IMG/VR virus record: IMGVR_UViG_3300032050_000002
Direction: 5' to 3' (one strand)
DNA length: 64,000 nucleotides
Source of the DNA: a virus
Taxonomy: Duplodnaviria > Caudoviricetes
Each line of letters opens with the position of its first letter. Position 1 is the stretch's first letter. Position numbers and translations under genes: made by a program. The notes under the pieces are model-generated. The model was not told the DNA's origin, made no database searches, and saw only the letters and a list, made by a program, of their open reading frames with translations. Positions 47,976 to 57,843 of the stretch are shown here, piece by piece.

Positions 47976-48280
47976 TGTTTATTTACTTTAAAGTTATTAA
48001 TAGGGTAATCCAATTCAATCTCCCAATCCTTATGTTGTTTATGAACAAAATAAAGTAAGTTTTTAACCTTATCTGCATGATTCATATCAACGAGTTTAAA
48101 TGTCATTTCTTTAACATATTTACCGTTATCGATAGAGTATTCAATTGCTGATAACGTGGCAACAGTGTCTTTCTCATACATAATAACATTCTCAGACGAG
48201 TAAAACCCTACGGTGTCAATTTTTTTTAGTCCAGTACAACTTACTATTAACACTGAACCTAAAATTAATAATTTTTTCAT
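47972..48280 (-). CDS. Lipoprotein
   Basis: MKKLLILGSVLIVSC lipobox. Confidence 0.75.
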   Translation of the reverse strand: MKKLLILGSVLIVSCTGLKKIDTVGFYSSENVIMYEKDTVATLSAIEYSIDNGKYVKEMTFKLVDMNHADKVKNLLYFVHKQHKDWEIELDYPINNFKVNKQ

Positions 48281-48510
48281 TTTTTATTAGGGTTAAATAA
48301 ATTAATATTATCTTTTAAAACCTCATTCATCTCAACAATTGATTTGTGATAACTAATTGCCGCATTATGAAATTTAATATTATTTTCAATAACCTCCAAA
48401 TATTCTTTACCCAAAGATAAAGATTTTATAGGGTTATTATCATAGATAATGCCAAGAGTTTTTTGTTGCATATCCAAAAAATTTTTAAATACCATTTCAA
48501 AGTGTTCCAT
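48277..48510 (-). CDS. Hypothetical protein
   Basis: ORF track. Confidence 0.65.
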   Translation of the reverse strand: MEHFEMVFKNFLDMQQKTLGIIYDNNPIKSLSLGKEYLEVIENNIKFHNAAISYHKSIVEMNEVLKDNINLFNPNKK

Positions 48511-48566
48511 ATTATTTGTAGTTTAATATTACAAATATAGTAAATGTTCTAAATAAAATCAAATTA

Positions 48567-48932
48567 TTAATATAACAACTGAATATGAGTTTTATATATC
48601 TTATAACCCATATCAATCTTTGAAGTTATTTGGGGAATTGAGAACTCAACAATATCATTAATCTCCAAAATGGTTTTCTCCTGTAAATCACAAACAGACT
48701 CATTCTTAAAATACTTATAATTTTTCATCTCAACCTTTTCAAGTAGATATTGATAGTTTTGTTTAAAATTACTGAGTTCCTTATTTAATTTTTCTAAATG
48801 AAGTAAATGAGGAGATAACATTTTTTGTAAAAAAGAATCCTCAACTTTTCTTAAATAAGATAACAAAACATATTGTTTGATTTCATAATCAAACGGATGT
48901 TCATAATACCAAGTTAAGTTTAAAAGTTCCAT
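48567..48932 (-). CDS. Hypothetical protein (paralog of the 8710 N-half)
   Basis: Shared YVLL.Y motif; ATATTTAT upstream. Confidence 0.7.
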   Translation of the reverse strand: MELLNLTWYYEHPFDYEIKQYVLLSYLRKVEDSFLQKMLSPHLLHLEKLNKELSNFKQNYQYLLEKVEMKNYKYFKNESVCDLQEKTILEINDIVEFSIPQITSKIDMGYKIYKTHIQLLY

Positions 48933-48965
48933 ACTATTATAAATATAGTGATATTTATTGGATAT

Positions 48966-49391
48966 ATGAAGTTGAACGAAAATATATTAAGGGTAAAAGA
49001 GATAATGGGTATTAATGAATCGGCAGACGCTGGTGAAAATGATATTAGTTTTGCAATTGATGCTGTATTAAACACCACTTTTGTAGAACCTAACAAAGAT
49101 ATCGTATGTAAAGTTAAAGTTATACACCCCAAAAATATTGAAGTTTTAATGGGTCAACAAAAATATGTTCAGTATAAATTAGTTATTACATTTATAGGTG
49201 GTTACGGAACAAAATATTGGCCAAGAACAATGGCTGTAAATGATATGTATGAAAAATTAATGGATGAGGCTTGGTTTTTAGTATATAATTTTGTGGGTAA
49301 ATCAACCGCAGTATTTTCAGAATACGTTAAAGAGTGTGACTCTACTGAAAAAGAGGTCGAACGCGTCCATCGGGGTATATTAAATATATAG
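48966..49391 (+). CDS. LNE-leader hypothetical protein
   Basis: MKLNENILRVKEIMGINE. Confidence 0.75.
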   Translation: MKLNENILRVKEIMGINESADAGENDISFAIDAVLNTTFVEPNKDIVCKVKVIHPKNIEVLMGQQKYVQYKLVITFIGGYGTKYWPRTMAVNDMYEKLMDEAWFLVYNFVGKSTAVFSEYVKECDSTEKEVERVHRGILNI

Positions 49392-49674
49392 AGTAAAAGG
49401 CGGTAGGTCCGTCAATAGTTTTTGGAAATATTAAATTGTGAACATCATCAATTTTTGCCGCTAAATCAGCAATATAAAGAGTAGGAACAAAATCCTCATT
49501 TGAAGTAACATTATATTTAAAAACAGGATAAGAGTCTTTCCAACCACTTAATTTGGTATCCGAAACTTCAATTTCAATTTCTTTAACCCAATCAAATTTA
49601 TCTTCATTAAAAAACGATTGCAAATAACCTTTAATTACTTTCGATATTTTATGTTCATTAATTTTAAAATTCAT
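49342..49674 (-). CDS. INE-leader hypothetical protein
   Basis: MNFKINEHKI. Confidence 0.7.
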   Translation of the reverse strand: MNFKINEHKISKVIKGYLQSFFNEDKFDWVKEIEIEVSDTKLSGWKDSYPVFKYNVTSNEDFVPTLYIADLAAKIDDVHNLIFPKTIDGPTAFYSIYLIYPDGRVRPLFQ

Positions 49675-50711
49675 TTTATTTTAATTCTTTTATCTTGAGA
49701 GTCGGAGTATATTTTTTCATTCAAACAGTAGTAACTACCTTTAATATCACCATTAATTTGATTTAAAATTAAGTCGACAGTTGATTTAAATTCAGGTCTA
49801 CCTTGGCCGTACATTTTATTATCAGAAATTAATATAATATCATCATAATCTTCCTCATTTTCATACGGTTTAATATTTAAAACCGATAAAGGATTTTGAA
49901 TATTCTTATCATTATTTTTAATTAGATAAGAGATTAATGAACCTTCTTTAACATCATTTAATAAGTAGTTAACATTCTGACCCTCTTCTTTTCTATCGTT
50001 AATTTCCTTCTCTATTTCAATTATTTTTTTGTAAAGTTGTCTAATTTTTTCTTGTTTTTCGTAAGGAATTACTTCCCTCTCAGGAAAGAAAAATGCGGAT
50101 GCAACTTCTTTAGGTCCACTCTCAGCTTCAGCTTTATAAGTCTCGTATTTCATTTTGGCTTCCCTTAATGAATTTTCAAGTTCTTTAATTCTTAACGAAT
50201 CAGAGTGACCCATAGTCATACAATTAGTCCAATTTCTATCTGTATCTGAACCGGCAATATCATAAGGATGTCTTGATATTACAACCATTAGATTAGATGC
50301 GTCAGATGTTAAAGATTTCCTTGATTCATCAGATACAAATTTTTTCATTAAAGCGTCAGATTTAAGTCTTGATAATGCTTTACCAATAGTTGTTACATTT
50401 TTTGAATCACCATACTTAGCGGTTCCTTTAACGTAATCCAATACTTTATATCCATTATCTTCTAAAAACTTTGTAACTTCTTTTTGAGTTTCTGATACGG
50501 GACCTTCTTGTGAAGATGATTGTAATGGAATGTAGATTCTATAATAGTTTCTATCGTGACCATACTTATCGCCAAGTGTTTTAAATATGTCAGAATACCT
50601 TTCTCTATTAAATTCTTTTGCGTATTTTCTAAATTGAGATGGTTTTAAGACCTCATTAACCATTTTAATGATAACTTTTTTTAATTCAGGTTCAGTTAAT
50701 CTTAATCTCAT
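49671..50711 (-). CDS. LTE-leader hypothetical protein
   Basis: MRLRLTEPELKKVIIKMVNE; VISRHPYDIAG..WTNCM. Confidence 0.8.
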   Translation of the reverse strand: MRLRLTEPELKKVIIKMVNEVLKPSQFRKYAKEFNRERYSDIFKTLGDKYGHDRNYYRIYIPLQSSSQEGPVSETQKEVTKFLEDNGYKVLDYVKGTAKYGDSKNVTTIGKALSRLKSDALMKKFVSDESRKSLTSDASNLMVVISRHPYDIAGSDTDRNWTNCMTMGHSDSLRIKELENSLREAKMKYETYKAEAESGPKEVASAFFFPEREVIPYEKQEKIRQLYKKIIEIEKEINDRKEEGQNVNYLLNDVKEGSLISYLIKNNDKNIQNPLSVLNIKPYENEEDYDDIILISDNKMYGQGRPEFKSTVDLILNQINGDIKGSYYCLNEKIYSDSQDKRIKIK

Positions 50712-50759
50712 AAACTATAAATATACAAATAAATTAAAACATAAATATATTTATTTAAT

Positions 50760-51350
50760 ATGCAAAACAAAAAATATATTGAAAAATTAAAAAAATTAGT
50801 TGATGAACACGGACTAAATTATGTGTCAAAATTATTAGGTATTTCCAAACTTAAACTGGCAAGACTTTCTGATATGGTTATTGGTGATGCGGATATAGCT
50901 TATGATATTATTAATTTATTATTTTATGATGGAGAATTAATTAAAGACTTTGAACACGATGGATTTAATGTTGTAATTGGGTATGATGGTTTGGAAGGCA
51001 CGGTTACTTGGGTAATAGAAAGTAAAACAACTTATTATTCTGAAGATGATGAAACAGAAATAATAACTTGTTACGCAACTCCATTTTGGGAGGGAGAATC
51101 AAATATACCAATTGATGTTACTTCTTACACAATAGTTGATGATAATCACGATGTTATATTTGAAATAGAGGGAGAAATTCAAGGAGATTATTATAAAAAC
51201 ATTACTATAGGTTCGGTATATAAAAATGTTGATACTCTTATAGAATGGTATGAAGAAAAATATATACCAATAGTTTTTAATACAGTAAGAAATTTATTTT
51301 TACCTAAGCTTAGAGAAAGAGCTAGTAAAGAAAGAGATTGGTTATCCTAA
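50760..51350 (+). CDS. Hypothetical protein
   Basis: ATATTTAT upstream. Confidence 0.7.
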   Translation: MQNKKYIEKLKKLVDEHGLNYVSKLLGISKLKLARLSDMVIGDADIAYDIINLLFYDGELIKDFEHDGFNVVIGYDGLEGTVTWVIESKTTYYSEDDETEIITCYATPFWEGESNIPIDVTSYTIVDDNHDVIFEIEGEIQGDYYKNITIGSVYKNVDTLIEWYEEKYIPIVFNTVRNLFLPKLRERASKERDWLS

Positions 51351-51904
51351 TCCCTAACTTTAAACATAATCGATAACCTTTTAAAACCTCTCCAACCACT
51401 ACATATCTCCCAACGATACTCTAACTCAGAGTGAGGAAGAAAATCATCTTCAAATTGAATTCCAATATTTGTTTTAGTAATCTTATTAATTATGTCATTA
51501 TCAATATTATTGAACATATTACAAACAAAGTCATTATATTTTGTTTTGGCCAAATCCAAAGAACCCTGACCGTACAAATCTACTAATTTAATTAAATCCT
51601 GTTTAGTAGAAACTTTAAACATAGGTTCAGAATACATTGTCCAATTTTTTACCTTAGATTTTTTGTATTTCTTTATCTCAATCTTATCACCATTTTGACT
51701 TACGGCATCATATTTCTCGAATGTGGAATCTGACATTGGTTTGAATTTATTAATATCAAAATTTACCGAAAGTATTTTTGAAAAGTTGCAAGGACCTTGA
51801 CCAGTCCATTTTATCTTAGGAGATTTAGTTATTTTTTTCCAACCTTTTGATTCACAAATTGTGTTCTCGAATTGAACACCAATTATATTTCTACTTTGAC
51901 TCAT
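51347..51904 (-). CDS. Possible PD-(D/E)xK nuclease
   Basis: G..FE..IC...KYDA..N...IEIKK. Confidence 0.4.
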   Translation of the reverse strand: MSQSRNIIGVQFENTICESKGWKKITKSPKIKWTGQGPCNFSKILSVNFDINKFKPMSDSTFEKYDAVSQNGDKIEIKKYKKSKVKNWTMYSEPMFKVSTKQDLIKLVDLYGQGSLDLAKTKYNDFVCNMFNNIDNDIINKITKTNIGIQFEDDFLPHSELEYRWEICSGWRGFKRLSIMFKVRD

Positions 51905-51939
51905 ACTTAATATTATTAAAATAATATTAAATGGTCAAA

Positions 51940-52371
51940 TTAATTTTCATCATCTAAATCAAACTCATCCTCATCATCAAATTCCTCATCTTCATCATTC
52001 GGATTAGACTCCCAAGTCTCATATCTATCAGACAAAGAATTAAATGTTATATCGTAGTTATGTTTTACAAATTCTTTAAAAGTGTCAACCCATTTATCAC
52101 TAAATGTTAAATCAAGTTCCTTTTTTATATCATTATCCATATACAATATTGGAGAATTGATATCATTTACCCCTTCATTAACCCACTCAAATGCAACATC
52201 TTGGTTACCCCAATTACCGAAATAAAAATACATACGGTCACCATCTTCATTACCAAATTCATCTTCAGCATAAGTCCAATTAAGTTCACCTTTATCATTA
52301 TGTTCAAATAAATTTAGGATGTATTCAAACATTAATGATTTAAGTTTATTTTCCGTTATTAGATATTTCAT
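51940..52371 (-). CDS. ITE-leader small protein, acidic tail
   Basis: MKYLITENKL. Confidence 0.75.
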   Translation of the reverse strand: MKYLITENKLKSLMFEYILNLFEHNDKGELNWTYAEDEFGNEDGDRMYFYFGNWGNQDVAFEWVNEGVNDINSPILYMDNDIKKELDLTFSDKWVDTFKEFVKHNYDITFNSLSDRYETWESNPNDEDEEFDDEDEFDLDDEN

Positions 52372-52372
52372 A

Positions 52373-52738
52373 TTACCAAAAAAACCAATTAAATGTTTTA
52401 TTTCCTTTAGAGGATAAATCTATTTTATGAAATTCCAAAAAAAACTTTTCAAAAGTTTCATCACCAAAAAGTTCATAAAGGTATTCTAACTCAGGATTTA
52501 CACTCCACCTTTCTTGAGCATGATAATAATCATTATCCGAATACTCTTCAATTATTAATTCACCATCTTGAGTATAGTATTCTGTTTTGAATATGTCGTA
52601 TTCTCTACTATAATCATTAGAGCCAAGGCCTATATGTTTTAATTTTGAATCTAATGGTTTTAATAGAATAGGCATTGTTAACTCAATGTGACGAATCATG
52701 ACCGATAACATCCTACTTTCTGTGATTAGATATTTCAT
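52373..52738 (-). CDS. ITE-leader small protein
   Basis: MKYLITESRM. Confidence 0.75.
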   Translation of the reverse strand: MKYLITESRMLSVMIRHIELTMPILLKPLDSKLKHIGLGSNDYSREYDIFKTEYYTQDGELIIEEYSDNDYYHAQERWSVNPELEYLYELFGDETFEKFFLEFHKIDLSSKGNKTFNWFFW

Positions 52739-52778
52739 ATAAATTATAAATATACGAAAAATTATAATATTTATTTGT

Positions 52779-53738
52779 ATGAACCTAAGACAAACAATAA
52801 AAAGAATACTAAAAGAAGAATCAGAATCCGTTAATTGTAAATGTGGATGGTCTTGGAAATTATCTGATGGAGGCGATGACCCATACGTTTGTCATAAATG
52901 TGGAAGAGATAATAGTAAATTAAATAAAGTTTATTATGGTTTTGCTAAATTACCCAATTATTGGGTTGACGATAACGATTTCTCATACAACGATGAATTT
53001 TTCGATGATAAAGACTATGATGACCACTATTTTGATAATTTTAAAGACATGGACAAAATGTTTGGACATAGAAAATCTTTATTCGGAACAAGAGGTTTAG
53101 ATGTTGGGGATGAAAAAAGAACTTCACGGTCATTTAATCAATATAACGAACGATATGGTCCTGCAATTGTTAGGGTTATCAAAGATAAAAAAGAAAAATT
53201 AAATGAAGTTAGAGTTCCAAGAAGTGAAAGGGTGGAATTATATAAGGATGATAATATAATTGTTGTTGTTCCATTAACTCATAGAGCATTACAAAAATAT
53301 GCTACAAATTGCCAATGGTGTATTAATGATGATTTAACAGATTGGGAGGAGTATCATAAAGGAAGACACGCAGTCATCATCCAAAGAAAGCCAAAGAAAA
53401 GTAAGAAAGGTATTACAGGGATGGAAACATATGGTGAGATTTTTATTTTATCAAGATTAGATGAAGGAATGTGGGATTGGAAAACTGCCATAGATATTTT
53501 AGGGTATGATTTTGGTGGTAGTAAAGAAAGGGCTTTAGACTATTATGTTAATATATCAAATGATATAAATAACTTTGCAACAAATATAGTTTATTATTCA
53601 CCTGAAAATGGAATATATGATATGGAAGATAACTTCTTATGGAATTTCGATATTGAGATAAACGACATACCAAATGTAACTCCAAAAGTTATAGAGATGA
53701 TGGATGACTATCTAACCAATTCTGAAGAGGATAATTAA
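52779..53738 (+). CDS. Modular leader-bearing protein (CxxC module plus WC-motif domain)
   Basis: MNLRQTIKRILKEE; CKCG..CHKCG; internal KLNE; QWCI. Confidence 0.75.
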   Translation: MNLRQTIKRILKEESESVNCKCGWSWKLSDGGDDPYVCHKCGRDNSKLNKVYYGFAKLPNYWVDDNDFSYNDEFFDDKDYDDHYFDNFKDMDKMFGHRKSLFGTRGLDVGDEKRTSRSFNQYNERYGPAIVRVIKDKKEKLNEVRVPRSERVELYKDDNIIVVVPLTHRALQKYATNCQWCINDDLTDWEEYHKGRHAVIIQRKPKKSKKGITGMETYGEIFILSRLDEGMWDWKTAIDILGYDFGGSKERALDYYVNISNDINNFATNIVYYSPENGIYDMEDNFLWNFDIEINDIPNVTPKVIEMMDDYLTNSEEDN

Positions 53739-54256
53739 TCTCGCCACTTACTTAATACCTCGTTTAACAAATATTGAGAAACGTTATTAGTCCCAATAAT
53801 ATCATTAACAACCAAATCATCTTTATGTTTTAAAACATTACCAACAAGTATTGGTTCATCATAATACCCCAAATTATTTTCGGTAACCTCGTCAACAGAC
53901 CTCTCCATATCAAAAGGAACACCATAAAAACTTCTAACTTTATAATTTAAAGACTCCTCCAAATTTTTAACTCTTTTCATATTCTTACTTATTTTAACAA
54001 CATCTGTATTAATAACTTCTTCAACCCAACTCATCAAGATTGGTTTAAAATCATCTTCAATTAATGAAAACATTTTAAAGAAAAAATGAAAATAATCATA
54101 TCTGTACCACAATGTTCCCCTTACAAACTGAAAATACCAAAATTTTTTCTCCCTATCAATAAACCAAATAGACTTATCGTAACAAATAATTTCAACCGTA
54201 CTTAAATTAAAGTATAATTCATCAAAGATAATTTTTTTTAATTTATCAGAAACCAC
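53735..54256 (-). CDS. MVSDKL-family protein with decayed C-terminal repeats
   Basis: Paralog of 59076-59732. Confidence 0.75.
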   Translation of the reverse strand: MVSDKLKKIIFDELYFNLSTVEIICYDKSIWFIDREKKFWYFQFVRGTLWYRYDYFHFFFKMFSLIEDDFKPILMSWVEEVINTDVVKISKNMKRVKNLEESLNYKVRSFYGVPFDMERSVDEVTENNLGYYDEPILVGNVLKHKDDLVVNDIIGTNNVSQYLLNEVLSKWRD

Positions 54257-54310
54257 AAAATAAAGATAATAATTAATTATATTAGAAACAATATCAATAT
54301 ATTTATAAAT

Positions 54311-54796
54311 ATGAATCTTAAACAGATTATTAGAAAAGTATTAAATGAGGAACACACAATTAAATCAAGACTTGAGCAAGTTGTTCAAAATCTTGGAATT
54401 ATGGAGGCGATTAAGTTAGTTGGAAGTGTTAAAAAACTATTTGAAGTATTAGAATTGGATTATAACGATATTAGAGTCCAAGAGGATATTGTTAAGAATT
54501 ATTTGTATCATAATGAATTTGAGAAAGTTCTCTTTTTAAAGGTTAATAGAGTATCACCAAACAGAACAGTTATAGATGTTTATATAGGACCTGATACTGC
54601 GGCAAATCATACAAGTTGGTTTTCCAGTGTGGTAAGTGATGAATTTAAAAAGGTATTTCCATTTAGGTTTGAACCCGTTTGGGAGTTTGAGTGGGCAAAA
54701 AGTAAAAGAACAAAAATATTTTTAGATGTTCATATTTTTGACGAAACCGAAAACATAACAGAATCTAAAGAAATTACAAAGATACAAATAAAATAA
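54311..54796 (+). CDS. LNE-leader hypothetical protein
   Basis: MNLKQIIRKVLNEE. Confidence 0.75.
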   Translation: MNLKQIIRKVLNEEHTIKSRLEQVVQNLGIMEAIKLVGSVKKLFEVLELDYNDIRVQEDIVKNYLYHNEFEKVLFLKVNRVSPNRTVIDVYIGPDTAANHTSWFSSVVSDEFKKVFPFRFEPVWEFEWAKSKRTKIFLDVHIFDETENITESKEITKIQIK

Positions 54797-54862
54797 CGAT
54801 TACAAATTCAGATAATACAGAAAAAACAACAAATGAATTGGTAGATGAAATTATTAAAAAGA

Positions 54863-55231
54863 TTAATTAAATTCATTTTTTGGAATAATAAACCTATGAC
54901 CATTAGTCCAATTAGTTCCTTTTAATACTAAATCAAACCCCAACTTATGACCAACCCAAGAAGTGATAAGTTCTACAGAATTATCATAACTCATTGAAAA
55001 AAAACCTGAAATCTCATCAATAAGATTATGATGAACAAACACCCAATCTCTTTCTTCACCAAAAGCGTTTTTTTTATAAACGGAAATAACCGAGTGGTCA
55101 TCATTTTCCGAATTTAAAAAGTAAATATAATTATTAAATTGTTTATTATTATCTTTAATAATAAAATCTTGGTTATCCAAATATTTATAAACCGCATTTT
55201 TAAATTTACTTTCTGTAATAACAAATTTCAT
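54863..55231 (-). CDS. MKFIITE-family small protein
   Basis: MKFVITESKF..YKYLDNQDF. Confidence 0.78.
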   Translation of the reverse strand: MKFVITESKFKNAVYKYLDNQDFIIKDNNKQFNNYIYFLNSENDDHSVISVYKKNAFGEERDWVFVHHNLIDEISGFFSMSYDNSVELITSWVGHKLGFDLVLKGTNWTNGHRFIIPKNEFN

Positions 55232-55243
55232 AACAAATATTTT

Positions 55244-55588
55244 TTAAGGGGCGCCATCATACCATTCCCAAATCCTATCAACATCAACGCCATATTTAAC
55301 TTCAAACCATTTCCCAATAATTTTATAATCACCAACATCCTTAACACCTGAAAATAAATTACAAAAATATAATATTGAAGGACTAACTTCTAAAGTTCCG
55401 TCAACATAATAAAATGCCCCAAGTCCAGGTTCAATTTCACTCGTTTTATCAAAATCTACACGAAATTCATCATCATTACTTTCGCTATAGCCATCTTCTT
55501 CAGGACTCAATTTCAAACTATTAAGTTTATCTAAAACATATAATTTGGCTAATCTTTGGGCTTTTGATTCTGATATTATAATTCTCAT
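55244..55588 (-). CDS. ISE-leader small protein
   Basis: MRIIISESK; IGKWFE. Confidence 0.72.
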   Translation of the reverse strand: MRIIISESKAQRLAKLYVLDKLNSLKLSPEEDGYSESNDDEFRVDFDKTSEIEPGLGAFYYVDGTLEVSPSILYFCNLFSGVKDVGDYKIIGKWFEVKYGVDVDRIWEWYDGAP

Positions 55589-55634
55589 TAACAATAAATA
55601 TAAAGATATTCATAAAATTAATATATTTATCAGT

Positions 55635-56600
55635 ATGGGAAAAGAAGACATTAATAAAATGTATTTAGGTAAAGATTATTCAAAACTTGTAAATGCGTTA
55701 TTCTCAAAGAAGTATAGTTGGTTTAAGAAAATAGATATAGATAATGTTATTTATAATAAATTAAAATATAAACCAAGTTTCTTAAATCTAAAAGGAACAA
55801 TATATGTTGATTCAGATTGGGGACACAAACAATTTAGAGAATATTATTACGATTTAGCCTTTCCCGAAGATACCGAGTTAAGTTTCGGTGATATTATGGG
55901 TGGAGATTTAAGTAAAGAAATACAAGATGATTTTAAAACAATATTCTCTTCTCTATATGGCACACAAATACCCACATATATGTCATTTACTTGGTTAATG
56001 GTAAAATTTGTTGATGAAGACAAAAGATTGGAAGAAACCATAAAAAAAGTATTAAGAAAAGAGAACAAATATAGTAAAAATATGAAATCAGATAGACCTG
56101 AAACCAATGAATCTGAATTAACCGAAAAATGTTGGCCAGGATATACCCAAAAAGGAATGAAGACAATGTTTGGAAAACGATATCCAAATTGTGTTAAGAA
56201 GAAAAAAACATTAAAAGAATGGTATGTGACAAGGGATAGAGAAAAAGAAATGGGGATGTCATACGTTAAATTTGAGGAAATAATAAATAATTTAATGGGT
56301 AAAAGATATGATTGGTGGGAAGGTATTAAAATAAAAGATATTTTATATTCTGGTTTTAGTGATGAAGTAGAAATTTATGGTGTTTTAAATGTTAATAGAA
56401 AATGGGCTAAACAACAATTAAAAAAACTTAGACCATTTTTTAAAACTAAAGATGGAGAGGGTTTGGATATAGATGATGTTTTCAACATGGAACTGATGAG
56501 AGAAATAGAAGAATATTTAACTATGTTGTTTTCAACATTAACTAATTTTAATAAAACTGAGGGAGTAAGATTAAATGCCTTACATATAAAATTTGCATGA
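55635..56600 (+). CDS. Modular protein with duplicated domain and KCWPGY...PNCVK module
   Basis: Two copies of KKYSWF/KRYDWW..IKI.D..Y; internal LEETIKKVLRKE, LTE, LKE; start reassigned. Confidence 0.75.
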   Translation: MGKEDINKMYLGKDYSKLVNALFSKKYSWFKKIDIDNVIYNKLKYKPSFLNLKGTIYVDSDWGHKQFREYYYDLAFPEDTELSFGDIMGGDLSKEIQDDFKTIFSSLYGTQIPTYMSFTWLMVKFVDEDKRLEETIKKVLRKENKYSKNMKSDRPETNESELTEKCWPGYTQKGMKTMFGKRYPNCVKKKKTLKEWYVTRDREKEMGMSYVKFEEIINNLMGKRYDWWEGIKIKDILYSGFSDEVEIYGVLNVNRKWAKQQLKKLRPFFKTKDGEGLDIDDVFNMELMREIEEYLTMLFSTLTNFNKTEGVRLNALHIKFA

Positions 56601-57148
56601 TGAACTTAGAACAAACCATAAGAAGAATATTGATGGAAGAAATTAACAGTTCTTCATTATCTCCTTACATTAAAAGAAGAGTTGATTTATCCGATGAAAA
56701 AATTAAAAAGATTTTAAAAACCGAAATTTTAACAGATAAAGACATTAATGCTGATGATGAATTTAGACTTAATAAGATAATAGATAATACAACAGGAGAG
56801 TTATTAAAATGGGTTAACCAAGAAGAATATGATGACAACTATGATTCAGTATATGAACATATAAAAAATAATTATTCTGATTTCATATTACAATACTTTA
56901 GAGAAGTTTTTAAAGATGATGAAGAAGCGAAGTTTTGTTTTATTAAACATAGTGAAAGATATGGAGGAAGAGGATTTACAGAATGTTTCGGTTCTTGGTT
57001 TGGTTTTCTAAATGGTTATGGAAGTTGGTTACCTAATGTTGATTGGAATAAAGTTAAAGAAGAATTAAAAACAAAAGATAGAATATTATTGGCAAGACCA
57101 TTAGAAGGTCATATCTATGGATATTATTTTTCGGTATTAAAGAAATGA
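56597..57148 (+). CDS. Leader-bearing hypothetical protein
   Basis: MNLEQTIRRILMEE. Confidence 0.75.
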   Translation: MMNLEQTIRRILMEEINSSSLSPYIKRRVDLSDEKIKKILKTEILTDKDINADDEFRLNKIIDNTTGELLKWVNQEEYDDNYDSVYEHIKNNYSDFILQYFREVFKDDEEAKFCFIKHSERYGGRGFTECFGSWFGFLNGYGSWLPNVDWNKVKEELKTKDRILLARPLEGHIYGYYFSVLKK

Positions 57149-57150
57149 TT

Positions 57151-57489
57151 TTAAACCCAATTATCCGGCATTTTTAACAAAGTTGCTTCAAGACCAATCC
57201 AACTATTTGTATCAACGACTTTCACATTTAATTTATTCTCAACCCAACCAGCAATTACGTTTCTGGTAACAATATATTTTGATGAAAAGAAACCATCCAT
57301 CTCAACAATCAAATCAGAATTAATATAACACATTCCCGTACCATAATCATACATTATTTGAGCAATCTCATCATCTTCTGAATTGGCAAAGTAAGCTCCG
57401 TCATAAGTATGAATACGAATAAAATCTTGATTGTCCAAATACTTTTCCATCGCGGAAACTATTTTTGATTCGGTGATAATAAATTTCAT
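57151..57489 (-). CDS. MKFIITE-family small protein
   Basis: MKFIITESK..YLDNQDF..WVENKL. Confidence 0.78.
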   Translation of the reverse strand: MKFIITESKIVSAMEKYLDNQDFIRIHTYDGAYFANSEDDEIAQIMYDYGTGMCYINSDLIVEMDGFFSSKYIVTRNVIAGWVENKLNVKVVDTNSWIGLEATLLKMPDNWV

Positions 57490-57516
57490 ATAGTATAAAT
57501 ATATAAACTAATCAAA

Positions 57517-57816
57517 TTAGAATGAAAATATGCCGTAACCAACAACAGGAACATTTAACTTATTTGACACCCATTTAGCAATAATATCACCGGCGGTTAC
57601 CTTCTCAATAGAGAAAAAATCAATTAATTCATCAACTAAGTCTTTTTTAAAATAACACATTTCACTTACATTTGAATAACCGATGAGTCCATCCACATCA
57701 TCCTCAGAATTTAAAAAACGAACTGTATTTTTATAACCCTTCACAATAAAGTCCTGATTATCCAAATACTTAAAGATAATGTTTTCCAATTTTGATTCGG
57801 TGATAATAAATTTCAT
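57517..57816 (-). CDS. MKFIITE-family small protein
   Basis: MKFIITESKL..YLDNQDF. Confidence 0.78.
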   Translation of the reverse strand: MKFIITESKLENIIFKYLDNQDFIVKGYKNTVRFLNSEDDVDGLIGYSNVSEMCYFKKDLVDELIDFFSIEKVTAGDIIAKWVSNKLNVPVVGYGIFSF

Positions 57817-57843
57817 AATCATAAATATACGATATTTATTAAT

